Below, one piece after another: positions 6,534 to 14,050 of a DNA stretch of 19,722 nt. The stretch's first letter is position 1. Each line of letters starts with the position of its first letter. The notes beneath the pieces were generated by a model, which saw only the letters and a list, made by a program, of their open reading frames with translations, was not told the origin of the DNA and did no database searches. The DNA lies in the IMG/VR virus record IMGVR_UViG_3300021319_000003. One strand, written 5' to 3'. The stretch is from a virus (lineage: Duplodnaviria > Heunggongvirae > Uroviricota > Caudoviricetes). A program made the translations under genes and the position numbers.

Positions 6534-7184
6534 GCGAGCGAGCGAAGCGAGCGAGCATAATAACAAGCTAAAAAAAAGAAATAAATAGAGCTTGTTTAAA
6601 AAAGCGAGCGTAGCGAGCGTATATAAAATAAGACAAAAAAGAAAACAAGAAAGAAAAAAGATTTAAGATACAAACTTTTACAGGAACAGTAAAAGTAGTT
6701 CAAAGTATATTAAATCAAAAAAGATAAGACAATGACAATATCTTAAATAAAATAAAAGATATTAAGTCATGTCCTTATCAAGGGGCGAGCGAAGCGAGCC
6801 CCGTTAAACACTACAAAAGGGCGTTACATCATTCTGTCCCAAGTAAATTCCCTATCTACTGGATACAGAATTATCCCATTTCTCCCTTCTCGTGTATATA
6901 CAAATATATATCCCCATATATATTCCCCTCTTTATACCGCAAGGGGAGAAAGAGTATTCACATACTCCGCCCGCTACTACCCGCGCGCGACCTCCGGCGC
7001 GCAAATTGTATCGTTCTTTATGCATATATTAATTATATCATTCACACACACCTCTAACAGGATATACATATATATACTACACACTCCCCATATATAGGAG
7101 TGCTGTTCGATATATATATACCAATATACACATAAAGAGCCATATAATTTAGGGCTTCAGGCGGGCGAGCGTAAGCGAGCCCGC
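6534..7184 (+). repeat. Four GCGAGC-GN(N)A-GCGAGC hairpin repeats
   Basis: Copies at 6534-6556, 6604-6618, 6782-6802 and 7161-7184; a CGC-GAA-GCG mini-hairpin at 7276-7284. Confidence 0.85.
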
Positions 7185-7435
7185 AATACAACAAGTGTGC
7201 TAAGAACGGTTACTTGAACCTTGTGAGCGCAGCACACGTATCTTTGCCTGACATACCCAGGAGCAAAAACCAAAACGCGAAGCGCAAAATTAATAAAATA
7301 TAAATCTGTAAACCAAGTCCATAGAAAGAGTACACAAGTATTACAATAAAAATACAAGTGAACGAAATTCAAGAAAAAGATATATTCTCCCCTATAGGGA
7401 AAATAATACTTTTTGAAAGACAGGTTTACACTTTG

Positions 7436-7548
7436 GACAAATTTTGCAAGACAAATTTTTCGCGGTGCAGATTTTTGAAAACTCCGGGACAAATTTTTTA
7501 CTGCAGTCCACCAGCAAAATTTCTGAACTGGATTTTGCGGACAAATTT
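7436..7548 (+). repeat. GACAAATTT(T) direct repeats x4, with a fifth at 7995-8004
   Basis: Copies at 7436, 7450, 7488, 7540 and 7995. Confidence 0.75.
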
Positions 7549-7805
7549 GCGGAAGGCAAACCAAAAACGCCAGACACATCTGAAATACAGATTTTCGAAG
7601 TGGCATTTGTAAAAAGTTAGTTCCAAAACGCCCGCTACACCCGTTATCTTTAACGTAGCGCGACGATAGCAGGATAATTTTTAAAAAGTGCCACAAGGAA
7701 ATTGGAGCTTCATATGAGGCTAATTTGGCCCATACAGGGGAGATTCGATGAGGTACGATTCAAGCTCCGTTTTTCAAAAAGCGTTATATTATCGCTTTAA
7801 TTCTA

Positions 7806-7834
7806 TTGATGTACCTAGTCCGCCCCATTATTAT
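7806..7834 (+). promoter_or_regulatory. Candidate sigma70/sigmaA promoter
   Basis: TTGATG-17 nt-TATTAT. Confidence 0.4.
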
Positions 7835-8123
7835 AGTGTCTTTTACCCCTCTATCGTGTTCCTTGTTCCTCTATCCTTCCCCTTGTTGTAGCATGCTATG
7901 TAGAGTCCGTTGCCGCAGGCAAGTATCCGAGTTATCCCCTTGATAATGCTGGAGGTAGACGAGTTAGAGCGTAAAGAAAAAGAGGTAAGTTTTTGACAAA
8001 TTTTTTGGAGCGAGGTTGCACCGAGGCATGTAAAAGATTGTTCTGAACGGTAAGGAGAAGTACCCTAATACCGATTTATTTTTCCTTAATTACAAGTTCT
8101 TGAGATTTTTATACACCCCTTAC

Positions 8124-8153
8124 TTGACAATGAGGTGGTTATCCGTGTATATT
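8124..8153 (+). promoter_or_regulatory. sigma70/sigmaA-type promoter for the downstream gene run
   Basis: Perfect TTGACA, 18-nt spacer, TATATT; 85 nt upstream of ATG 8238. Confidence 0.7.
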
Positions 8154-8237
8154 ATGTTAGGTAGATTAAGAATACGTTAGTAAGATTAGAGAGATTGAAT
8201 AAAGAGATAGAGAGATAAGCAAGGAAGGTGTATACTG

Positions 8238-9002
8238 ATGAAGGTATATGAACTGATACGCGAACTGGCCAAGTGCGACCCCAACAAAGATGTGGAAGGT
8301 AGCATGAAGAATAAGGATAACATCCCTGAAAGCTATAGTGTTAAGCGTGTAAGAGACTCAGGTTTATTAGATACAGTCTGGGTTGAGTTTGAGCCACACG
8401 CATACAAAAAGCAGCGCGCGGTAAAGAATAGCAGTAAGACTGCGCCGGAGAAGATGACGAGAAAGCAGTTCTTCTATCGGATGGTTAGAGACAACTGGAA
8501 TGAAGAGTTCCAGGGCGTAGCCCGGCATGTCTGTGGAAGAATGCCATACTATGTACTTGCTGATGTAGATATATTCCTGGAAGCGTTCTCGAAGCTGTCC
8601 GATAAGGAACAGATATATTATATTGAACACATGGCAGAGTACGAAGGTTCTTTTCACCAGCTTAGTGAACCTCATCGGCATCAGTTAAGCTGCATCAACG
8701 AAGATAACTACAATAAGAGCGCTAAGTATCTGGTTACGGTTATGTTCAAGTGGCATAATACGGAGGCGCCGAGTGATGACCACATTACGGAACAGAAGTT
8801 TATCTCGGACTATTATATTGATAGTACGGAAGATAAGACTGTAAAAGAGATTGTTAAGAACGTATGGAAATGTTGCAGCGGACACTATGAAAACGAGCCG
8901 CCGCGCAAATATAGAAATGGCCTTGAGTTCCGGTACAGCAGTTGGTGCTGGTGTTACATCGCGGTAAAATCAGAGCCATTGCTTATCGAGACAGATGAAT
9001 GA
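8238..9002 (+). CDS. Hypothetical phage protein, 254 aa
   Basis: AAGGAAGG RBS; MKVYELIRELAKCDPNKDV is a typical phage small-protein N-terminus. Confidence 0.85.
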   Translation: MKVYELIRELAKCDPNKDVEGSMKNKDNIPESYSVKRVRDSGLLDTVWVEFEPHAYKKQRAVKNSSKTAPEKMTRKQFFYRMVRDNWNEEFQGVARHVCGRMPYYVLADVDIFLEAFSKLSDKEQIYYIEHMAEYEGSFHQLSEPHRHQLSCINEDNYNKSAKYLVTVMFKWHNTEAPSDDHITEQKFISDYYIDSTEDKTVKEIVKNVWKCCSGHYENEPPRKYRNGLEFRYSSWCWCYIAVKSEPLLIETDE

Positions 9003-9027
9003 TTGAATAAGACAGGAGAGATATAAA

Positions 9028-9459
9028 ATGGCAGAAGTTAAGACTATGGCAGAGAATATGGCATTTGACTGGAGAGACTTTGAAAAGTACGGAGTAGAGG
9101 CGGTTGTTCTCTGCAATGTAGAGGATGAAGATAAACCTGTACTCGGCATCTGCGCAAAAGGTATGGGAACCTATGGAGGCGAAGAGTATATTCTTGAGCG
9201 CTTGAGCTATGACTATGCCGAGAGAGAAGGAGAAAGTGACCTGAGCCTTGAGAAGTGGATGTATAAGCATGCAGACAAGCTCGCTTCTCTTATCTGGAGA
9301 TACATTAACGAGGGCCTGTACTTGGACTCGAAAGAAGATGTATGGTATGCAGATAAGGTATGTCTCTATACACCCGCGAGCAAAATTCCGTGGCCGAGAA
9401 TGCCCAAGGGCTTTAAGGTGCGGAAAGAGAATGAGAATATAAAGCTTATCATGCATTAA
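9028..9459 (+). CDS. Hypothetical protein, paralog of 9930-10295
   Basis: AGGAG RBS; shares FDW.DF, E.YI..RL and WMY.HADKLAS motifs with the paralog. Confidence 0.85.
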   Translation: MAEVKTMAENMAFDWRDFEKYGVEAVVLCNVEDEDKPVLGICAKGMGTYGGEEYILERLSYDYAEREGESDLSLEKWMYKHADKLASLIWRYINEGLYLDSKEDVWYADKVCLYTPASKIPWPRMPKGFKVRKENENIKLIMH

Positions 9460-9496
9460 GTAAGTAAGAAGAATAAGAAGGAGAATATATAGAGCT

Positions 9497-9913
9497 ATGT
9501 CTTATACATTAACTGTTAATATCAATCTGGAGAGTATGGATATAGAATCGCTTAAAAATCTGCGCGCCGAAATTGATAAGCTGCTCGCAAAGAAACAGCT
9601 TGCCAGTAACCTGCCGAAGTTAAGTGGCAGCCTGAAGCAAAAAATGCAGAACAACCCAACGCTTGCTCCAGAGCTCAGCAAAAGGTTTTATGCAGTAGGC
9701 TGTAAAAACCTGGAAGACATATATAACTATCCGCCCGAAAAGATGGTCTGGCTGGAAAAACTTACCCTGTCAAGCATTGACCATACCCTGTATGTATTAA
9801 AAGCCCATGGGTACGATTACGAAATGCGCTGGATTACCACTGTAAATGAGATGAAGGATAAGCTCCGGCAGATTAAGAAAGAGAAGAAGGACGGCAGATT
9901 TTCAGTAGCTTAA
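9497..9913 (+). CDS. Protein with a degenerate RNAP alpha-CTD-like (HhH) domain, paralog of 13273-13821
   Basis: AAGGAG RBS; shares G...DIY..PP...L.K...L...GYDYE..W..T..EM with the paralog. Confidence 0.7.
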   Translation: MSYTLTVNINLESMDIESLKNLRAEIDKLLAKKQLASNLPKLSGSLKQKMQNNPTLAPELSKRFYAVGCKNLEDIYNYPPEKMVWLEKLTLSSIDHTLYVLKAHGYDYEMRWITTVNEMKDKLRQIKKEKKDGRFSVA

Positions 9914-9929
9914 AAGAGGAAGAGACTAT

Positions 9930-10295
9930 ATGATGTATGAATTTGATTGGGAAGATTTCAGAGAAGACGGCATCGTGGCCTTTGAGCTGACAACAGAAGG
10001 TGTGACGGTCGTCGGATTAAAGCATGCGCACACTTTTGTGGATGAGGACTATATCATTAAGAGACTGCAGGAAGAATACAGTAAGAGAAACATGGTTCTC
10101 GAAGAAGAATTAACCTTTGAATACTGGATGTACTTCCATGCAGATAAACTTGCTTCTTATATTGTACAGTATGTTAAAGAGGCAGTAGAAAAGAATGATA
10201 CAGGAGTTAAGTATATATATATACTACAGGAAGAGCGGCCTAAGAATAGAAAGCCGTCAGAATATTGTGATTATAATTTATGCGCGCGGAGGTGA
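9930..10295 (+). CDS. Hypothetical protein, paralog of 9028-9459
   Basis: GAGGA RBS; WMYFHADKLAS motif. Confidence 0.85.
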   Translation: MMYEFDWEDFREDGIVAFELTTEGVTVVGLKHAHTFVDEDYIIKRLQEEYSKRNMVLEEELTFEYWMYFHADKLASYIVQYVKEAVEKNDTGVKYIYILQEERPKNRKPSEYCDYNLCARR

Positions 10296-10301
10296 AGTAA
10301 C

Positions 10302-10625
10302 GTGACACTTGAAGAAAAGATGGAAGCTGTTGACAGGGTGGTCACTGAGATGGATGTGACACTTCTGGACGCAAAAAGAAAGCAGGAACGCCTCAGGAAT
10401 ATTATGAAAAGGGTCCGGGAACTGACAATAGCCATTGACGCCAATAAAGACTGGTCTACTGATGCAACGCTCTATACAGAGAAACACGGCAAGTTTACTG
10501 CAACCGGCGATTGGAAAATGATCGGAGTGACGGTTGAACGGAAGAAATTGATTGAGTTCTTAAAAGCTCAGAAAGAGGACTACCTGAAAGAGGCAGCCGA
10601 AATCACAGAGGAATTCATTAGGTAA
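10302..10625 (+). CDS. Hypothetical coiled-coil phage protein, 107 aa
   Basis: GGAGGTG RBS with GTG start; shares a G..V.....I.FLK.QK motif with the next gene. Confidence 0.8.
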   Translation: MTLEEKMEAVDRVVTEMDVTLLDAKRKQERLRNIMKRVRELTIAIDANKDWSTDATLYTEKHGKFTATGDWKMIGVTVERKKLIEFLKAQKEDYLKEAAEITEEFIR

Positions 10626-10661
10626 CGTTTACAGTACATGTAAAAAGGAGAGAAAATTGTT

Positions 10662-10937
10662 ATGGAAAATATTGAGCAGAAACAGAATGCAGACTCCTTA
10701 AGTGCAGCAAGGGATATAAGATACCAGCTGCAAAGAGCAGTCAACTGTAATACCGCTATAAAGAATGCAGAAGAAGTGGCGGGCGATGATATCGTAATTG
10801 CACTCATTGAAAACGGCACGTTCGGATTCTCTGTTGATAAACAGGACTTCATTAAGTTCTTAAAGAAACAGAAAATGAAAGCATTTGCAAAAACCTGCGT
10901 ATTCCGTGAGCAGTCGCTGAAAAATGATGAAAAATGA
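10662..10937 (+). CDS. Hypothetical protein, 91 aa, related to 10302-10625
   Basis: AAAGGAG RBS; GFSVDKQDFIKFLKKQK. Confidence 0.8.
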   Translation: MENIEQKQNADSLSAARDIRYQLQRAVNCNTAIKNAEEVAGDDIVIALIENGTFGFSVDKQDFIKFLKKQKMKAFAKTCVFREQSLKNDEK

Positions 10938-11088
10938 GCGCCCGATAACCAAAAGAGATGTGGAGCACTTCCTTTGGGATTGCTCGGATAACGACCTGTT
11001 AAAAGTCTTGCTCTGGGCAGTTGGTGAGGTATGTGTAAGGTTCTATAAAAGTAAGCACAATAACACTGAAGAAGAAAGGAAGTCGTAA
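10927..11088 (+). CDS. Small hypothetical protein, 53 aa (not in ORF track)
   Basis: Fills the gap between 10937 and 11092 and overlaps the upstream stop; MKNERPITKRDVEHFLWDCSDNDLLKVLLWAVGEVCVRFYK... Confidence 0.55.
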   Translation: MKNERPITKRDVEHFLWDCSDNDLLKVLLWAVGEVCVRFYKSKHNNTEEERKS

Positions 11089-11091
11089 AGC

Positions 11092-11670
11092 ATGAGCGTT
11101 TTTATACAGAAGATGATGACTTGTGTAGACGGCCGTGATATTAAGGAAGTGCTGGGTGATGTTGCGCGCCCAATGGAAAAGGTTAGCTACAAACACACCC
11201 AGGAATATATTTCCGGAAAGTACGAATATGTCTTTGGGATGGTGCGCTACAATCATTTGGCAATCGACCTGTATGAAATTGCCCCACACCTGTTCGATAA
11301 AAAGAAGGATATGGAAGAAGGCTTCCTTATCCATGATATGAATGGTCATTTTGACGCAGAGGAAAAGTATCTGCGCTTTGGCTTCAAGGTTTTGAAGAAA
11401 GACGAAACCTGGACGACCTTCTCGCATCCGTTTTATAAAGAAGTGCTTGATACCTACTATCAGGAGGAAGTACACTTTGGTGACCACAATGAAATGTGGT
11501 GGTGTGGCAATTACCACATCAATGAAACGGTTGACTTTGCGGTTTCTTACAGATTCCCCGATACCGAGTTCGAGGTAAAAGAAATCTGCGAAAACGACCT
11601 GGTTGCGCATTATATCTTAAAAGCCGGCCGTATCGTCAAGAACCTTCTCAAAGAAAAGCAGGCAGCTTAA
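11092..11670 (+). CDS. Hypothetical protein, 192 aa, ends -KQAA
   Basis: AGAAAGGAAG RBS. Confidence 0.85.
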   Translation: MSVFIQKMMTCVDGRDIKEVLGDVARPMEKVSYKHTQEYISGKYEYVFGMVRYNHLAIDLYEIAPHLFDKKKDMEEGFLIHDMNGHFDAEEKYLRFGFKVLKKDETWTTFSHPFYKEVLDTYYQEEVHFGDHNEMWWCGNYHINETVDFAVSYRFPDTEFEVKEICENDLVAHYILKAGRIVKNLLKEKQAA

Positions 11671-11687
11671 TAGCAAAAGGAGTAGTC

Positions 11688-12353
11688 ATGGTAAAAATCA
11701 AAGAACTTAGTTTGTGGCAAAAGATTAAGGCGTTTATTCATGCACAGGCGCGGAAACATTTTGATGTGTTTCTTCTATCATGTCTTCCATTAAGAGGAAA
11801 GTTGTACCCTCTGGAAATGCAAGAGGTAAGAGTCTGTGACATTCCTTTTCAGTTTGAAGAAACAAAGACCTATCTACAGAAAATAGGATATGAAACGTTA
11901 TGGGATGTTGTTGCTAGGCTCTGCTTTAGTTATGACTTACTGCAGCACGCAAAGATATTTACAGACATATTGGATACTCTTAAGAATGAGTACAATGAAG
12001 ACCCATTACGGTATGACACCCTCCTGAATGAATACAAGGATACCTTATACAGGTCTCCTTATACTGGGTTTCTCGAAGTTGTTCAGGAAACTGTCTCGCT
12101 TTACAGAGAACTCGGGATGGAAAATACAGTTATGCCCGAGGAACGCTTTTGCCTGTGCTGCGATATGTGGTGGAGTGAAAACAAACTGGACTTTATCATG
12201 GATGAGTTCAATATTGTAAAAGGATATAAGTCTTTACAGGAGGACGTCTGGGAAAAGGCAAAAGAGTATGAAGCCGAATGGAAAGCATCAGTAAAGGCAG
12301 TTGAGAACTGGGATAAAGAGCACTATTGGAATCTTGGCAAAATGTATGTATAA
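11688..12353 (+). CDS. Hypothetical protein, 221 aa
   Basis: AAAAGGAG RBS. Confidence 0.85.
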   Translation: MVKIKELSLWQKIKAFIHAQARKHFDVFLLSCLPLRGKLYPLEMQEVRVCDIPFQFEETKTYLQKIGYETLWDVVARLCFSYDLLQHAKIFTDILDTLKNEYNEDPLRYDTLLNEYKDTLYRSPYTGFLEVVQETVSLYRELGMENTVMPEERFCLCCDMWWSENKLDFIMDEFNIVKGYKSLQEDVWEKAKEYEAEWKASVKAVENWDKEHYWNLGKMYV

Positions 12354-12380
12354 TAAAACAAGAAGAGGAGAAACGAGAAT

Positions 12381-13256
12381 ATGTTTGAAAAGATTGCTGT
12401 TCATAGCGGAGTATTTCACGCGGACGATGTAGTAAGTGTGGCCTTTATTAAGGAACTCTACGGAGAGAATATCCGGATTGAGCGAGTGAGCCAGCGGGAT
12501 GCGGAAACGCAGGGAAGACTTGCCGCCCGCGGATATACGCTTATCGATGTCGGCTGCGGAGAATTTGACCATCACCAGCCAGAGCACAAAACAGATGAAT
12601 ACAAATATGCAGATAACGGCATCCTGAAGAGCGCGCTGGGTCTGGTTTTGGACCAGTGCGTTGCGGATGGCAAGCTTCTGGCCGAAGAAGTAAAGTTTCT
12701 TCTCGACAAAGGGTTGTATACCCTGCAGGCAAAAGATAACGGCCAGGATGTAAAGAAGGACAGTCTCACGGATAGTCCTTTTGAATACATTGCCTGGCTC
12801 AACTGCGATGATATTTACAGTGAGGACCAGGACGAATTTTTCCTGGGCGCCGTGGATATTACGCAGGTTGTTGTACACCGTATGATTCTTGATGCCCGCA
12901 AGGTGGTAAAGGAGCATGAGGAATGTATTGAGGCGCTGCAGAATGCAAAAGACGGTATCGTAAACTTCCCACACTATATGACCAACGGCGTAAAAGAATG
13001 TCAGCGCTGGAATGAAAAACATACGCCGGAAGAAAGAATTCTGTTCATTACGTTCCCCGACGAAAAAGGTGGCGGATACAAAATCCGTGGTATCAATAAG
13101 CCTGGTAAGATGGAGGTTATTCAGTCTTTGCGCTTCTGCGGACTTCGCGATGAAGAACTCAATGAAGCTGCCGGTATCAGTGATGGTATCTTTGTACATG
13201 CCAATGGCTTCCTGGGAGGCGCCGGCAGTTTGGAGAGTTGTTACAAGCTGATTTAA
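12381..13256 (+). CDS. myg1: MYG1/UPF0160-family DHH-superfamily metal-dependent hydrolase (exonuclease-like)
   Basis: Motifs in the canonical MYG1 order: N-terminal HSGVFHADD, IDVG, FDHHQ, SALGLV, and C-terminal FVHANGFLGG. Confidence 0.85.
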   Translation: MFEKIAVHSGVFHADDVVSVAFIKELYGENIRIERVSQRDAETQGRLAARGYTLIDVGCGEFDHHQPEHKTDEYKYADNGILKSALGLVLDQCVADGKLLAEEVKFLLDKGLYTLQAKDNGQDVKKDSLTDSPFEYIAWLNCDDIYSEDQDEFFLGAVDITQVVVHRMILDARKVVKEHEECIEALQNAKDGIVNFPHYMTNGVKECQRWNEKHTPEERILFITFPDEKGGGYKIRGINKPGKMEVIQSLRFCGLRDEELNEAAGISDGIFVHANGFLGGAGSLESCYKLI

Positions 13257-13272
13257 GATGAGGACGATTAGC

Positions 13273-13821
13273 ATGGCAGAAAATAAGATGGCTACAATTG
13301 CCGCTATATACGGCAAGGAGCTTGGTGAAGACGTAATTCTGTTCGACACAGAAAGAGACAGCTATGTAAAGAGCAGGTTCTTAGATTCCGGCCTTCAAAT
13401 CTATGATGTGCCGAATGAAAAATGGATAGATGCTCCTTATGCATTGACCCATTTGTTGACTGGCCGGCTCGAAATTGCTGCAGAGAAGTCAAAAGAAAAG
13501 AGTACCCCTTTGCGCGTGAGAACTCCTGCGCGCTTAAACTTCTCTGTGGAGAAGATGTTTGGTGGCCGGATGAATACGCGGGCCAGAAATGTCCTGGAAA
13601 GAAATGGCTTTCTCGATATAAAAGACATTTACGACACGCCGCCGGCGGAATTAATGCGCCTGCCCAAGATGGGCGACAGTGTTATGACCTGTATTATCAC
13701 CAAGTTAAATATTTGTGGTTATGACTACGAAGGCCATTGGGGCATAACACTTAAAGAAATGTGGAAGCAGATGAAAATCATGCGGAAGGGGAAAAAGGAA
13801 CGTGACAGAGGAAAAATTTGA
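13273..13821 (+). CDS. Protein with a C-terminal RNA polymerase alpha-subunit CTD-like domain
   Basis: MNTRARNVLERNGFLDIKDIYDTPPAELMRLPKMGDSVMTCIITKLNICG matches the alpha-CTD pattern R..N.L..AGI....DL......L...PNLG.KS...I...L...G. Start chosen at ATG 13273 (GAGGA RBS); alternative 13258. Confidence 0.7.
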   Translation: MAENKMATIAAIYGKELGEDVILFDTERDSYVKSRFLDSGLQIYDVPNEKWIDAPYALTHLLTGRLEIAAEKSKEKSTPLRVRTPARLNFSVEKMFGGRMNTRARNVLERNGFLDIKDIYDTPPAELMRLPKMGDSVMTCIITKLNICGYDYEGHWGITLKEMWKQMKIMRKGKKERDRGKI

Positions 13822-14032
13822 AACAGCAAAGACGCTTATGATGCGCATTTGTGAAATGGAAAAACTTATCAAAGGGCTTAATAATGGAAACACCCCGGCA
13901 GAGATAATCGTTAAGGGTGTAGGGTTCTCCAGAGATACACAGATGGAACTTGCCCCTGAGATGAGAAAGACTATCGCAGGCGTGTTCAGCGAGCAAGTTG
14001 CGAAAGACAAAGAAGAATTCAAAAATCTGTAA
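13802..14032 (+). CDS. Small coiled-coil phage protein, 76 aa
   Basis: GTG start after AAAGGA; MTEEKFETAK...KEEFKNL. Confidence 0.75.
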   Translation: MTEEKFETAKTLMMRICEMEKLIKGLNNGNTPAEIIVKGVGFSRDTQMELAPEMRKTIAGVFSEQVAKDKEEFKNL

Positions 14033-14050
14033 GTGAAGGGAAGTCAATAG

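Larger units (their letters stand above)
6083..8237. other. Large structured non-coding block (candidate origin, terminal region or injection-stop region)
   Basis: No convincing ORF over about 2.1 kb; many inverted and direct repeats, A-rich stretch 6460-6760, TA-rich stretch 6890-7140. Confidence 0.7.

Noticed and set aside
6534-6556. Resemblance of the GAGC repeats to the AAV Rep-binding element
   Set aside because: Only a low-complexity similarity; there is no HUH Rep gene or ITR context, and the sheared-pair hairpin explains the sequence better.
6404-7548. Possible CRISPR array
   Set aside because: Repeats are too short, too few and irregularly spaced, with no constant repeat-spacer period and no cas genes.
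7157-7696. ORFs 7157-7696 (-), 7358-7612 (+) and 7392-7577 (-)
   Set aside because: Their F/K/C/Q-rich translations simply reflect the GACAAATTT and A/T tract repeats, and there is no RBS.
8100-8150. DnaA-box-like 9-mers (TTATACACC, TTATCCGTG)
   Set aside because: They are isolated imperfect matches and not clustered, as expected by chance in AT-rich DNA.
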